Shown here: positions 13,385-26,884 of the stretch, piece after piece
How the letters are laid out: every line of letters starts with the position of its first letter
Position numbering within the stretch: position 1 is the stretch's first letter
Source: Chiloscyllium plagiosum
Taxonomy: Eukaryota
Direction: 5' to 3'
DNA length: 64,000 nt
Assembly: GCF_004010195.1 (NCBI RefSeq)
Contig: NC_057717.1
Coordinates: 106,455,127 to 106,519,126 of the forward strand
Notes under the pieces: model-generated
Seen by the model: the letters and a program-made list of their open reading frames with translations, nothing else
Database searches by the model: none
What the model was told of the DNA's origin: nothing
Program-made: the position numbers and the translations under genes

Positions 13385-14610
13385 TTTTTTTTGTAAATAT
13401 ATTTATTAACAATTTTTTTTAATTTTACAAACATATAAAATTATTGAAAAAAAAATCACAAATATCAGTATAATAAAGAAAAAAAAAATACAAATTACAA
13501 TACAACTACTATCTACTAACTACTAACCTACTCTATAATACAAAGCAAACCCTAACACTGTGCAAAGCAACACCAAAAAAAGAAAGAAAACTAAAAAAAA
13601 TACAAAACAAACACAAAATACAGAACAGCTATGCTCAGCGCAAGGCTCCCAAACAGGAACGGGAGCATTGTATATATACCCATATTAACTCGGGAGACCT
13701 CCTCCAGGGCCCAGGGCTTGACAAATCTAATCATCCTGGTTAAACAAACACCCTAGTTAAGATAACTGACAAATCTATATCCAGATAACTCAAGTAGGCT
13801 GCCATGCCTTATAAAAATGGTCTGTTGTGTAGTGCACCATGTTTGTGAAAAGGTCCAAGGGAATGTGCTCCATAATTAATTTCTGCCGTCCCACCAAGCC
13901 CTGCGGGTTCTCTGACACCCAATTCATCAGAATATTCTTCCATGCACAGTATGTAAGAATATTAAATAGTTTCTTCCCATGCCCGTCTAAAGATGGTAAA
14001 TTCGGTAGACCTAAGAGGAGAGATTTCGGGTCTACTTTGACTTCAGTCCTCAATACCCTCCCTATCTCTCCCGCCACAGCGCTCCAATAAACACAGAGCC
14101 TGTGGCATGTCCAGAAGCAGTGGGTAAGAGTACTTATTTTACATTTGGGGCACACTGAAGATGCCCCTTTTTTAAACTTTGCCAGGTGGTCTGGTGCCAG
14201 ATGAGCCCTGTGCAGAACTTTTAACTGCATAGCGCATGTCTATTACAGACTGAGATCTTTCGAGTATTCTCCCGTCTGTTCTCCCATGTTTCAGAAGAGA
14301 TCTCCACTCCCAGCTCTTGCTCCCAGACCTCACATATCCTGCCAGGCCCTGCCACCCAACAGGCGATAGAGAGCACTAACTGAAAGGGTGCTTGTGAAAC
14401 GTAGCAACAACCTCTCTGTATTGGGCTTATAGGGCTTAGTGAGAAGTGTAGTCTTCTTCTGGATGAAATCCATAACCGGAAAAAAACGGAAAAGGTTTCT
14501 GCTGGGCAACCCGTGTTTGCGGCTCAGTTGCTCAAAAGACATTATAACCTCCCCCTCAAACAAGTCTCCCAAACTAGAAACTCCTCTCGCTGTCCATAGT
14601 TTGAACCAAC
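13385..14610 (-). mobile_element. 5'-truncated L1-clade LINE (ORF2 C-terminus, 3' UTR, poly(A))
   Basis: QLKVLHRAHL...CPKC...LTHCFWTC zinc-knuckle region; AATAAA near 13400 followed by an A run. Confidence 0.85.
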
Positions 14611-15184
14611 ATGGATTGTTAACATGAATAATACTCCTGACTGCAGGAATAGCCCCAGCATTGATAATAGTTACAGGGATGGCCTTTTACTGGAATCCTG
14701 TCTTTCTTTTTAAGTTTCCAACCCTAATATTCATTTGTATTTTCCCCAAGACACTGATTTGAGCTGCTGTGTTTGCAGTACCTCCAGCTTGTACTTTTTC
14801 ACTGCTTTTCCCTGTTGCTCCCATCACAATGAGAAGTGAAGCCCAGAGACATGTGCTGCACTCACTGATCTGCCAAAACTCTGCTCCATGGAGTCACAAT
14901 GTGTGGATTCACAGCCATGAAGTGTCCCACTCCTCCTACCTTGGAGTTATTCCCCAGGCAGGTGGGGCAAACACAGAGCAGGAGGATGGCGCTTCTACAC
15001 ACAAAGAGGAACACATGCAAGAGAGTCTCACTCTGAACCACCCATACCCAATGTACCAAAGGCCAGTTACAGAGCAGCATTGTTAGAGGCAGGCAACAGT
15101 TTATCCATTTGTCCCATTGTCAGGAAGGGTGCAGTAAAACAGGAGCCCAAACTAGTAATGACAATAGAAATATTAGATTCTGAC

Positions 15185-15493
15185 CTTTGACCCTGAGGTC
15201 CACTTCCTTCTCATCAATTCCATATTGATTGGTAGCTCTACATTTATAAATTCCTTGATGCTCTGAGGTTACGTACGGAATGTGCAGAAACCCAGAGGGA
15301 CCAATCACAATGTTGCTGCCATTACTGGGGTTTACCCACTCTAATGTAGGTGAGGGTCTTCCATTGGACTTACAGCTTATTGTAATTTCATCACCTTTAG
15401 TAACTTCTACTGGAATGCTTGACATGGGTGTGTTATTTCCTGATATGGTTTTGTCATTTACCGATATGGTCATGATTGTGTCTCGTGGTTTAT
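15185..15493 (-). CDS. Gene A membrane-proximal I-set Ig domain (D6) exon
   Basis: ttctctcttccag acceptor, gtcaga donor, 309 nt. ITISCKSNGRPSPTLEW...GIYKCRATNQYG...VDLRVKG. Confidence 0.9.
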
Positions 15494-15845
15494 CTGGAAG
15501 AGAGAAGAAAAAGATGAAAATAGGCAGGCAGACAGGATCACTGATACAGCTCTCCAACACGGCTTCAATTAACAGGATGTCCAAACCTCCCACATACCGT
15601 GCTGTCATCTATCTTCCAACAGTCATTTCAGAACAGGTGAATCTCTGCAGTTGTGTTATAGCCTGGGACATACTTACAGTCATCTGTTATTATGAGGTAT
15701 GTTCACAGTGAAATGCAGTCATTGTGTAAATATTAATTCAGCATTACAACTACTGGAACTCATGGTCTAAGAATATCACACAATGTTCACGGTGCTCGGA
15801 ATATAGGGAGATTCAAAGATTCAATTTCCTAGAATCTGACATCAC

Positions 15846-16091
15846 ACAAAATAGTTACATTTAGAGATGAGGTTTTCGATCAGTGCTCATTTTTGACCAT
15901 GCACACGTACAGTCCCCCATGCTGCATTTGAACAGATGGGATGTAGAGTATTTCTCTGCTTTCCATTTTCCCATCTTTGATCCAGAACCTCTGGGGATCT
16001 GGGTTCCCTTGCCCATGACATGTTAAATTCTGTGATTCCCCTTCAATCCAGTTTTCTTGAGCTTTAAAGATCTCTGCTTTTACTGGTGCAT
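15846..16091 (-). pseudogene. Gene A Ig D5 exon with in-frame TGA (pseudo-exon or truncating exon)
   Basis: ttacag acceptor, 246 nt. YAPVKAEIFKAQENWIEGESQNLTCHGQGNP...GGLYVCMVKNEH*SKTSSLNVTIL; TGA at 15880-15882 occupies the Gly of the NxxG motif. Weak gtgatg donor. Confidence 0.75.
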
Positions 16092-17139
16092 CTGTAAAGT
16101 TCATTCCAATCAAAAATTAAATTATGATACTGAACAACTCAAAGTTCAAATATTCTTCCAATTCTTCTGCTCATTCTTTCTGGTGCTCTCCAGATTTTAA
16201 TATTTAGAATAAAATTGGTTTCTATTTTAAAACCCAGTGTCTGTATCAAACAGAACCAGGCAAAGTAAAACACAGGATAAAAGGAGGAATAACCTGCCCT
16301 GAATTCTGTGAAAAATGTAACATTCTGAGTGCTGCTTTTGAGAAATTTCCAATTTATTTTAGGTTTCTGTTTGGATCCTGATTAATTGAGGGAAAAAAAG
16401 GCAAATAAATTTTACTGAGGGGTTCCCCTCATAGGATAATTATAATAGGCTTTTTAAATACTGGGACATTGCCTGAGATAGTGGTAATATAAAAAGGGAA
16501 AGCATTCCTAGGCTGTGTTCAGGAGAATTTTCTCCAGCCGTAAGTGTCCAGACCGATAAGAAAGGAAGCACCGCTCAACCTGGTCATGGGAATGGGCCAA
16601 ATGGAGCAAGTGTCAGTGGGAGAACATTGAGGGCTCAGTGATCATCGTATCATCAGTACAATGGCAGAAAATGACATTGGTCAATCCAGAGTATGAATAT
16701 TCAACTGGGGGAGAGTGGCCTTCAGTAGGGCAAGAACACAGCAGGATCAAGTGAACGACAACCAAAGGCTCACGGGAAAATCAATGGCTGAACAATGAGC
16801 TGTCTTCAGAGAAGAAATGGTCTGGTCTGAAGAAATGGCCTTCTTCAGGCAGGGCTTATGCCCAAAACATCGATTCTCCTGCTCCTTGGATGCTGCCTGA
16901 CCTGCTGCGCTTTCTTTTCCAGCAACACATTTTCAGCTCTGATCTCCAGCATCTGCAGTCCTCACTTTCTCCCTGTTTATGACATGTGTCAGGTAGTAAT
17001 TACAGTTGAGAACCAAGTACAATACAGAAGGTTCAGAAGTGATGTTAAAAAGCAAAATGAGAAACAGATTATGTGGACTGACAGTTAACATAAAGAAAAT
17101 CTGGATATCACTGACAGACACATCTACAATAAAAACACA

Positions 17140-18820
17140 GAACATTATAGCGCAGAACAGGCCCTTCGACCCTTGATGTTGTGCCGACCTGTGAAACCAA
17201 TCTGAAGCCAATCTAGCCTACATTATTCCATTTTCATCCATATGTTTATCCACTGACCATTTAAATGCCCTAAAGGTTGGCAGGGTGTTCCACATCCTTA
17301 CTACTCTCTGCGTACCTCTGACATTTGTCCTATATCTATCACCCCTCAATTTAAAGTTATGTCCCCTCGTGCTAGCCATCACCATCCTAGGAAAAAGGCC
17401 TTCCCTCCATACCAGGTAACATCTCAGTAAATCTCCTCTGGATCCTTTACAAGGCTTCCACATTTTTCCGACAATGCAGTGACCAGAACTGTACATAATA
17501 CTCTAAATGCGCCATACCAGAGTTTTGTACAGCTGCAACATGACCTCATGGCTCTGAAACTCTCTCCCTCTACCAATAAAAGCTAACACACTGTATGCCT
17601 TTCTTAACAACCCTATCAACCTGGGTGGCAACTTTCAGGGATCTATGTACATGAACACCGAGATATCTCTGCTCATCTCCACTACCAAGAATCTTACCAT
17701 TAGCCCAGCACTCTGCATTCCAGTTACTCCTTCCAAAGTGACTCACCTCACAATTTTCTGCATTAAACTCCATTTGCCACCTCTCAGCCCAGCTCTGTAG
17801 TTTATCTATGTTCCTCTGTAACCTGCAACATCCTTCCGCACTATCCACAACACCACCAACCTTAGGTCATCTGCAAATTTATTAATCCATCCTTCTGTGC
17901 CCTCATCCATGTCTTTTATAAAAATGACAAAACAGCAGTGGCCCCGAAACAGATCCTTGCGATGTACCAGTAGTAACTGAACTCCAGGATGAATATTTCC
18001 CATCAACTACCACCCTCTGTCTTCTTTCAGCTCACCAATCTCTCATCCATGCCCCTAAATCGCCCTCAATCCCTATACCTCCATATTTTCTGCAAAGTCT
18101 ACTGTGGGGAATCTTATCAAATGCCTTATTGAAATCCATGTACACACATCAATCATTTTACCCTCATCCATCTGTTTGGTTACCTTCTCAAAGTACTCAA
18201 TAAGGTTTGTTAGGCACGACCTACCCTTCACAAAACTATATCGACTATTGCTAATCAGCTTATTCCCTTCTAGATAATTATAAATCCTATCTGTTTGAGC
18301 CCTTTCCAACACAAGCAAAGTAAAGTTCACTGGTCTATAATTATGTGAGTTGTCTCTACTCCCCTTCTTGAACAAGGGGACAACATTTGCTATCTTCCAG
18401 TCTCTGGCACTATTCCTGTAGACAATGCCAACATAAAGATCAATGCCAAAGGGTCTGCAATCTCCTGCTTGGCTTCCCAGAGAATCCTAGGATAAACCCC
18501 ATCTGGCCCAGGATAATTATGTGAGTTGTCTCTTCTCCCCTTCTTGAACAAGGGGACATTTGCTATCCTCCAGACTTCTGGCACTATTCCTGTAGACAAT
18601 GCCAACATAAAGATCAATGCCAAAGGGTCTGCAGTATCCTGCTTGGCTTCCCAGAGAATCCTAGGATAAACCCCATCTGGCCCAGGGGTCTTATCTATTT
18701 TCACACTTTCCAGAATTGCTAGCACCTCCTCCTTGTGAACCTCAATCCCATCTGGTCTCGTAGCCTGTATCTCAGTATTCTCCTTGACCACATTGTCTTT
18801 TTCCAGTGTGAATACTGATG
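17140..18820 (-). mobile_element. CR1 LINE fragment with an internal ~176-bp tandem duplication (18337-18685)
   Basis: KTPGPDG, FKKGSRD..NYRP and KFADD motifs; the duplicated block is also visible in ORF 18390..18863. Confidence 0.9.
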
Positions 18821-21800
18821 AAGAGGGTGGTGTAAGGGGGATTCGGGACAATGAAAGGGGCAAGTGGCATGGCTGAGGTGGTAAACTATTTTTCTATTTC
18901 TGTCTTTACCAAAGAGGTAGATGCTGCCCAGGCCATGGTGACAGAGGAGGAAATTTCATCACTTTGAATGGTTTAGATTTGATAAAGAGGAGCTTTTGGA
19001 TAAGCTGTCAATATCTAAAGGTGAAAAGGTGAAGTGATGGGAAACAGAGAGTAACAGCTAATGAATACTTTATGGGCTGGAAGTAAACTTGTAGTAGAGA
19101 TCCCCAGGGTTGTAATGACTATACCCTGAATGTTTGAATATAAACAGTCTTGATCATGTTGTGTAAGGGACAATTCCAAAATGTGTTCATGTCACAAAAT
19201 GTGGAAGCATTGTAAACTGTGAGGAGGACAATGTCAAGGTAATCTATAAGGGCTGAAGTAGGCAGATGGGTGACAGAGGCAGTGGCACAGTGGTATACAG
19301 TTAGCAACAAGTTGTCCTGGGATGCTTCAACATTGAATCTGGACCCCAGAAAGTGACATGACATTTGGTCAAACATGGACAAGGAAACCTCCTGCTGATG
19401 ACCATAATCCCCTCCTATTCTGAATTTGTACTCCTCCATCTTGAACATCATTTAGAGGAAACACTGAGGGTAGCCGGGTGCAGAATGTACTCTGGGTGGG
19501 ACACTTCAATGTCCATTGCCTAGAGTGACTCGGCAGCATCACCACTGACTGAGCTGTTCACTAGACTGGATCTGTGGCAGGTCAAGAGGAAACCAATGAG
19601 AGGAACAAGCAAACTTGACCTCATCTCTACCAATTTACTAGCTGCAGATTAGTCTATCCAAGACAGTAGGAGTGATCACCACACAGTCCTCGTGGAGACA
19701 AAATGCTGTTTCCACATTGAGCCCTCATCATGTTGTGGGCTCTATCACTGTGCTAAATGGGATACACTTTGAACAGATTTGGTAACTCAACACAGAGTAT
19801 TCAGGAGGTACTGTGGGCAATCAGCTGCAGCAGAATTGTACTCAGCCCCAAAATCAGAAATTGCTGGAGAAATTCAGGAGGTCTGGCAGCATGTGTAGAG
19901 AGAAAGCAGGGTTAATGTTTCAGGTTCAGTGACCCTTGTTCAATAATGATTGTTGGCAGGAAAAGGTTTGTGTATATGCTGAAGGAAGGGTGGGAGGGAG
20001 GGGAATGGAGTAACCAATAGATGGAGATGGAGCTCGCAGAGACAAAAACAGTTGGGCAGACAAACAGAATGATCAAGGTCAGCCTGGGAGAGTGAATAGC
20101 TGCTGATGGGGACCATGCATTGTTCAAGGTAGCAGCCCATGTGGTGACAAGGCCTTGTCTTAATAGTTTTTTTTTGCTTCTTTCACGTTTTCACAAGGGA
20201 CACAAAGTGAGTGTTTCATTAAATTATAGTCTGTTAATACATCATGCATACCATTTCTATGCTGATTTAACATATGTGTTCACCTTTGTAATGCTTCTGA
20301 GGCATTGCTTTTTCAAATAACTAGCGATCACTCCAATCCATGTATCAATATATTTATCTGCTATAATCTAAATTCACTTTGTGAATCAGAACAATCCATT
20401 TCTCTCCATCAAAAGGCCAGAAGTGGGTATGTTTGCAGATGATCGCACAATGTTCAGCATCATTCACAACTTCTCAGATATTAATTTAAAATCGCAGTGA
20501 TTCATAACATTGCATTTAAAATCATTGAATACGTCTGTGTTAGCTTCTGACAATGAGAGGTCCCACAGGAAAACTGTTCACACTTACCTGCAGTTTTTCT
20601 TTCATTCATGTGGGTTGGAACTTTGTTTATAACTGGGAATGTTCTGTCATGGAGTGTTAGTGCCTGCCAATTGGTGATAATATAGTTTTGGAGCAGTGAA
20701 TTACAGGAACGTGAACTCAAGCTCTGAATCTGTGAGATGGTGGCAAGAAGATGAACCTGGCTTACAGAAGGAGAGAATTGGAAATGTAGGATTTCTGGCT
20801 ACAAGATAGTTTGGAGAGACAAGTTAAAGGACATGTTGATGGCTGGACTAATATTGATTTAAGAAATGTTCATAACACTGGAGAGGGGTGATGGTCAGAA
20901 TTTTATACTTGCTTTCATGTGTGGACTGACAAGTGGGGATGTGGTGGGAGGCTGGTGAGTAAAAATCAGACAGAATTCCAAAGGGCACGATGCCCGTGAC
21001 CTGGAACTGGACTGCTGTCTTTAAAGTCAACATTTTGGGAGCACTGAGCTGCATTACGCTTTCATCAGGTGGTAACCTACAGTGAATATTTTACAAAGCC
21101 TCTTGCTGCATTCATAACGCAGCTTTTTAAAACCTTGCTCACTGAGGCCATTTCCACAAATTGGCTCTGCTCCCCCTCTCCCTCCACGACCACATGAAAT
21201 GGTGAACCCCTCTGACAATGAATCTGATGCAATCTCTTCAATTGGAAGGAAATGGAAAGCCTCCTTCATGGAGATGCTGCATGGAAAATAGGAATTGAGC
21301 ATCCACATGGCACAGATTGCATACTTGCCACAAACTATATCCTCATGGATGAAATCAGGGATGAGGCTCAGTCCCAGGAAGATCACATTCTCTGCCATCG
21401 GTTGTGAGAATACAATATCCTTCAATTGGCCACTGTCAGCAAACAGTGACAAACTTTTACAATGTCTGCCTTCTTATGGCAACATCTTAGGTACAAGTGC
21501 CATGGGACAGTTCTTGGACACAGCAGAGAAACAAAAGGAATTGCATTACTGACAAGTTGAAAAATAAGATAAAAATACAGTAACACAATAACACGAAAGG
21601 GTTGACATTACAGCAAGTTGGAGATTTCAAATAGGCATTACAGTACAGCAGCTCAGCACAGGGCTCCACACATGATCTGCATGCCCACACCAGACCCTAG
21701 TCCAACAGCCGTCCTCTCTCAGCTGCTCCAAGTTAAGTGGCTAAACTATCTCCCCCGTGGAGGTCTCTGCCTGGGACTCCTGCCTGCGCACTGCTCTGGG

Positions 21801-21834
21801 GCTGTTTCCCTGCACTGTACAGGTGCTAACAGCC

Positions 21835-21980
21835 CACCCTCTGTACCAGGGCTCACAGCCCACCCACTGTACCAGGACTTTTACCCACCCACTGTACCAA
21901 GGCTATCACACACCCACTGTACCACGGCTATCACTCACCCACTGTACCAGGGCTATCACCCACCCCCTTTACCAGGGCTC
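21835..21980. repeat. Minisatellite, about 6 x 25 bp (cacccactgtaccagggctatcacc-like)
   Basis: Directly visible imperfect tandem units. Confidence 0.85.
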
Positions 21981-22836
21981 GTTGCACTCAGTGTTCCAGA
22001 GTTCAGTGTTCCGTGTTCCAGGAAGTGCACACTGCACTGCCAGGAGCCCTCATTTCTCTACTGCTGTCCCTTCATTAACTCACTTTACCCACTTTCAAAT
22101 TCAGCTCATGTCAACACATTTTGCATCTACTGAACAGCCGAGCTACACAAGAATATTGGAGGGAAAGACATCCGTCATTACAGCTGGAGGGTGTGCTAGA
22201 TTAACCTCTAGGAGTTTTTCAGTTTGTGACTTCTTTTGTTTTTACATTTTATTTATTTTACCCTCAGCAAATTATACCAGAAAAAAGAGAACCATTTCTT
22301 CACAGAGTATTTCTGTTTAAGTGTTGGACAATATATCACTCTTTTTGCAATCTTCATGGGCTGAATGTTAACTATTCATTTTTCACAACTGTGTCCAATT
22401 ATCTCCATTGAAGATGCTATTCCAGGATAATTCAGGTCCTATTATTATCCCACACATTACAATAGCTCACTGTGACTCAACTTTAAATTTCCCCTCTGCT
22501 GTCCATGTGGAATTGCCCATTCTTCCTTCAGTATCATTCCAGTGATCTGGTTAATATGTAGACCTTGCTTCATGGGAAGTGAACACACACTCCCATGATT
22601 GCACTCTGTGGCACAATGCACCGGGGTAATAATGGACAGTGTCCTCACATGTCCTGACCCCAGGATCTGTATCCCTTTGGTCTCAGTGACAAAGGAGCTG
22701 CTGCAGGGCAGTCCCTGTGTGAGGAGACCAATTCAAATTGGTTCGGACTAAGAGGAAAGTTGAGATGAGGATTTCATTGTCTCCATTTGAAAAAAAAATC
22801 CCACTGACTTTTTGTGGGGAAAGTAATGCTACTTAC

Positions 22837-23124
22837 ACAGGACATGGAGGGTTTCAATCTGTTGTTTAATAACAGGGCTTGTCATTGACTGATCTTGAAG
22901 TTTCAGTTCAGCTTCACAGATATACTGCTGTCCATCCAGCTTAGCTTGAGCTTCTACTGTATGAGAGATAGTGAGCCCAGTACTGCTTGATCCACTCACT
23001 AATATGTCATTTCCTTTCTTCAGACTGAGTTCAAGATCCCCTGAGACATTTAACACAAGGCATGTAATATTAACCAGATTTCCTTCCTGGCTGGTTGGTA
23101 CTTGGATTTCAGGGGAAGAGAAAG
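22837..23124 (-). CDS. Gene A Ig domain D4 exon
   Basis: tatttttag acceptor, gtaagt donor, 288 nt. AFSSPEIQVPTSQEGNLVNITCLV...LDGQQYICEAEL...LHVL resembles ICAM D4. Confidence 0.88.
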
Positions 23125-24653
23125 CTAAAAATAATAGAAAGATACTGTTAGAAACATTGTTGTATCTAGTAGTCCCTCAGTGTGAGGTTAATAACAATGA
23201 AACAAAGGCAGGCGGCACTCAGTGCTAATTACTCACTATCCACTTCACTGCTGTATCAGGGAGATGTACACAGCCCCACAGTATCTTTCTGTATTCCCTC
23301 AGTATTCCTGGTGTTCTGGTCAGCATACATCCCTGATCCAAATCCCCTGGAACTATTGAACTGTTGATTCTGCTCATTTCTTTTTGTAGAATCCTACAAT
23401 CTCATTTATTTTCATTGTTCTCAAGACTTTGGAAGCACTGAAGGAGCCACATTTAACACCTATCCTCAGTGAGTTTACTGTAAGTGGTTCACTCCAGAGG
23501 ATATGTGCAATCGAAACAATGGAACTGCTCATCAGTAATAATTCTCTGGCTCTGAAGCAATCTGAGATCTCCTGAGGGTGAGTATGTGATTACATGAATG
23601 CAAAATTCTTCTTTAATTTGGTGCTCTGATCATTTGTGTTTGCAACTTTTGAAACTATATTCATCATTATTGTAAAATATACACTGGCCAATCTCTTTAC
23701 GGGTAACTGCTTCTCAGGAGGTTTCATTCTGCATGAAGGTTCTGTTTTGTCAGCAGCTGCTTTAATATTCCATGTCGTACAAATACCTTCAACGATTCCA
23801 TTGTCTAAAGGTGGATAGCAATATTTCCTCTGATATTTGTTGTTATGTGTGACCCACGTTTCACTGACTACTCCTTGAAAATGTCTACAAAACCCCCAAT
23901 CTTGAAGAGGGCCACGACCTGTTTCTTCCCACAAGCTGCCAATGCTGGAGATACTCAGCAGTTCTAGGAGCAAGTATGCAGGGAAAGCAGACTTAACATT
24001 TCAAGTCCATTGACTGTTCACCACAACTCAAGAGTTTCTCCAGCATCTTCTGTTTATCATTTCAGCTTGTCGGGAACTTTGGTTGTTAGGGAACTTCAGT
24101 TACGTGTAATTAATGACTTAGTGATCAATGATTTATTCATGGAAGAGGATGAAAACACCTTAACAGTTAGAGATTCTCTCTTTTCTTTTCATACACCATT
24201 TTCTTTTGTCAATCTGAAACCTCAGGTTTATAATCCAAATGATAAGATCACTTGTTTAAACATTTAAACATTCTGTTGTGATCCTGGAATACTAAGTGTG
24301 AGTAACATTCACCTATGAGCAGCACCTATGATTGACAATGTCAATCACATTATCTCAGGATCTCGGAATACCTCGAGTCATTAAGACTTTCTCAGAATGC
24401 TTTTCATTGACAGAGGGTCATATAGAATATATGGCACAGAAACAGACCATTCCAACGAATTAGCCAATGTTTATGCTTTACTCAACCAAGTGTCTGAGTA
24501 TACAAACATTTCCACAAGCTTCCCAATTTGTTACTCAATGAAAAGGATTTTATTACTGAAAGTGGTGGAAATGTTGACATGTTGTATTGTTGACAGTGAT
24601 GAACTATCAGAATGTTGTCTGATTTTGAACTCCCCCACAACCAGCATTCTTAC

Positions 24654-24855
24654 CATACACCTCAATGAAAGCACTATTATTCTTTGGGGGAATTGATGGA
24701 TATTTCTCAAAATCGGCCATACAGACGACTTCCATCAGACCAGATTCCTGTGGTGTCCATGCTGCTGTTATTCGGACAGTGTTGGAATTTGGCCTTGTGG
24801 TATCTGAGTTCAGTTCCACACCATCCTGAAACCATCTTACTCTCATCTTCTCAGC
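24654..24855 (-). pseudogene. Gene A Ig D3 exon remnant, 5'-truncated (probable pseudo-exon)
   Basis: AEKMRVRWFQDG...VVCMADF...IEVY with an intact gtaaga donor. The first Cys and the acceptor are missing; a Penelope-derived repeat fragment sits in their place (about 24855-24970). Confidence 0.7.
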
Positions 24856-25615
24856 TTATGCCTGAAATGTCAGCTCTACTGCTACTCGGATGCTGCCTTG
24901 CCTACTGTGTTTTTCCAGTGCCACACCTTTTGACTCTGACTCTCCAGCGTCTGCAGTTCTCAGTGTCTCTCTATCTATGACATCCTGGCTAAGGCTGGGA
25001 TTTCAGTGTTCATAACCCAGGTGTAGATTTTTGTAGTTGTCTTTGCCCTCTCTTTATAATGAGGTTTTCTGAACTATTTATCACCCCCCTCTCCTCATTA
25101 CTGAGTGATGTTTAAGGCAGCGTGGTGAAATTCCTTCAGAAATTCCTGTCACTGTCAGGAATCTGCTGGCTGCCATGTGGCAAAGCAAGAGGTGACTGCC
25201 TCAGCCACCCAGTGTTCCTGAAAGTGGAAGGAGCGCCCATCAGTACACTTTAACCAATGGAATGTCTGGCAAGTCAGAACATACTCCAACTTGAGCTCTC
25301 CACCTTGAAGAAGGAAAATCAAGAGATGTGGGAACGGGTAAGGACATGGGGCTACAGTCAAAGATTAGTTATTGAACAGCAGAGTAGGCTCAAGGAGCTA
25401 AATGGCATATTCCCACACCTGTTCCTTATGTTCATCTGCCTCGCAAAGACTTTATTGACTTTTTTGGACTAGATTTTGCACACCCTCTGGCAGGCTTAAA
25501 GACTTGTGGAACATTTACATATTGCTTCCCATTGCTTATTCTCAATAAGTTATGGATATTTAATCTTTGATATTCTCTCAACAAAGAAAGCATTTTTTGT
25601 GCAATTGGAACTTAC

Positions 25616-25930
25616 CGTAAGTTTGCAGAGTGACAGAAGAGTTTGTGATTGACTTTGTGGTATTAGAGCCCAAGTCCACTTCAGCCAAGCAGGTGTATTC
25701 CTGTCCATCATCTGATCGACTTGCAACGAAATTGAAGACATTTCTCAACCTTTTATCTTCATCCGGAAGACCTGGTTCACCTGTGGAATCTCTCTGGACA
25801 ATCTCACTCCCTCTCAGCCATGTGAGAATGAGTTTGTTGTTTGGATAGACTCTTGGGCCAATGCACTCCAGACTATATGTTCTGTTAATCTCCAGTACTT
25901 CAGGGAGTAATGTAATGCTTATCTCTCGAT
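25616..25930 (-). CDS. Gene A exon 3, Ig domain D2
   Basis: ttttcatag acceptor, gtaagt donor, 315 nt open frame NREISITLLPEVLEINRTYSLECIGPRVYPNNKLILTWLRG...DDGQEYTCLAEVDL...LQTY, resembling ICAM/VCAM D2. Absent from the ORF track because it has no internal start in frame. Confidence 0.92.
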
Positions 25931-26678
25931 CTATGAAAAATAGTTAACAGAATTCTTTGAAATAATAGGTCTCTGAAAACTCCAGTTCTACTCTTGTTTA
26001 CTTTCAACATATCTATCTTTCATTCCATATATAAATAGTCCTTGTGTGCAGTAAAGTTTATCCCAGCCTGTGCCTGGCCCATCAAGCAGTGATCAAATTC
26101 TTTTTCATGCATCATGCTCTACACTATGGCAAGAACATGGAGTTGGGATTCTGATTTAATAGCACTAAAATGCGCACTGTTTTCAATAACAACATATAAA
26201 ATTGTTGCTGAATCAAACCATAAAATGATACGACAAAGGAGGCAATTCTGTTGAGCAATCTTCTCCATTCCCTCCAATCGATTCTACTAACCAGTTCAAA
26301 CCCCACACAGCTGTCAATTCTCCTTCTTCAACATGGTTCCAGTTCTCCTGCATATTTTTAGTTCAAGTGTTTATCATTCATCTTAATGTAACCTTAGGCC
26401 AGGAAATACATGAACTCCTGCAGCAACTCACCAAGCTCCTTCATGAGCTCCCCCCCCCCCCACATCTGTGGCCACTACCATCAGGAAGGGCAAGGGCAGC
26501 AGAAACATGGGAGCACCACAACCTACAGGTTCCTCTCCAAGCCATTCACTATCCCCCCAACGCCTCATCTTCATCAGACTGGTGAGTTTTGGCATTCATA
26601 GTTGGTTGCAATTGTATAATCAGCCAAATCTCACTTTACCCTGTGCTTTGGTGCTGTGTTTGACTAAAGTTAAACACT

Positions 26679-26819
26679 AGGAGAAAGTGAGGACTGCAGA
26701 TGCTGGAGATCAGAGCTGGAAAATGTGTTGCTGGAAAAGCGCAGCAGGTCAGGCAGCATCAAAGGAGCAGGAGAATCAACGTTTCGGGCGTAAGCCCTTC
26801 TTCAGGAATCCTTCAGGAG
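26679..26819. mobile_element. Penelope-derived short element with 15-bp target-site duplication (TSD)
   Basis: ctaaagttaaacact at 26664-26678 and 26820-26834; hammerhead-like motif on the minus strand. Confidence 0.8.
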
Positions 26820-26884
26820 CTAAAGTTAAACACTGCACACAATAAAACAGCAAATTACTGCAGATACTCGAATCTGAACTGAAA

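Noticed and set aside
21618..22320. Overlapping 171-aa and 187-aa ORFs
   Set aside because: Open because of the minisatellite; no recognisable domain.
25155..25310. Possible missing 5' part of D3 or alternative terminal exon (GGELKLEYVLTCQ...)
   Set aside because: AAG acceptor, no convincing Ig pattern, and it ends in a stop without a donor.
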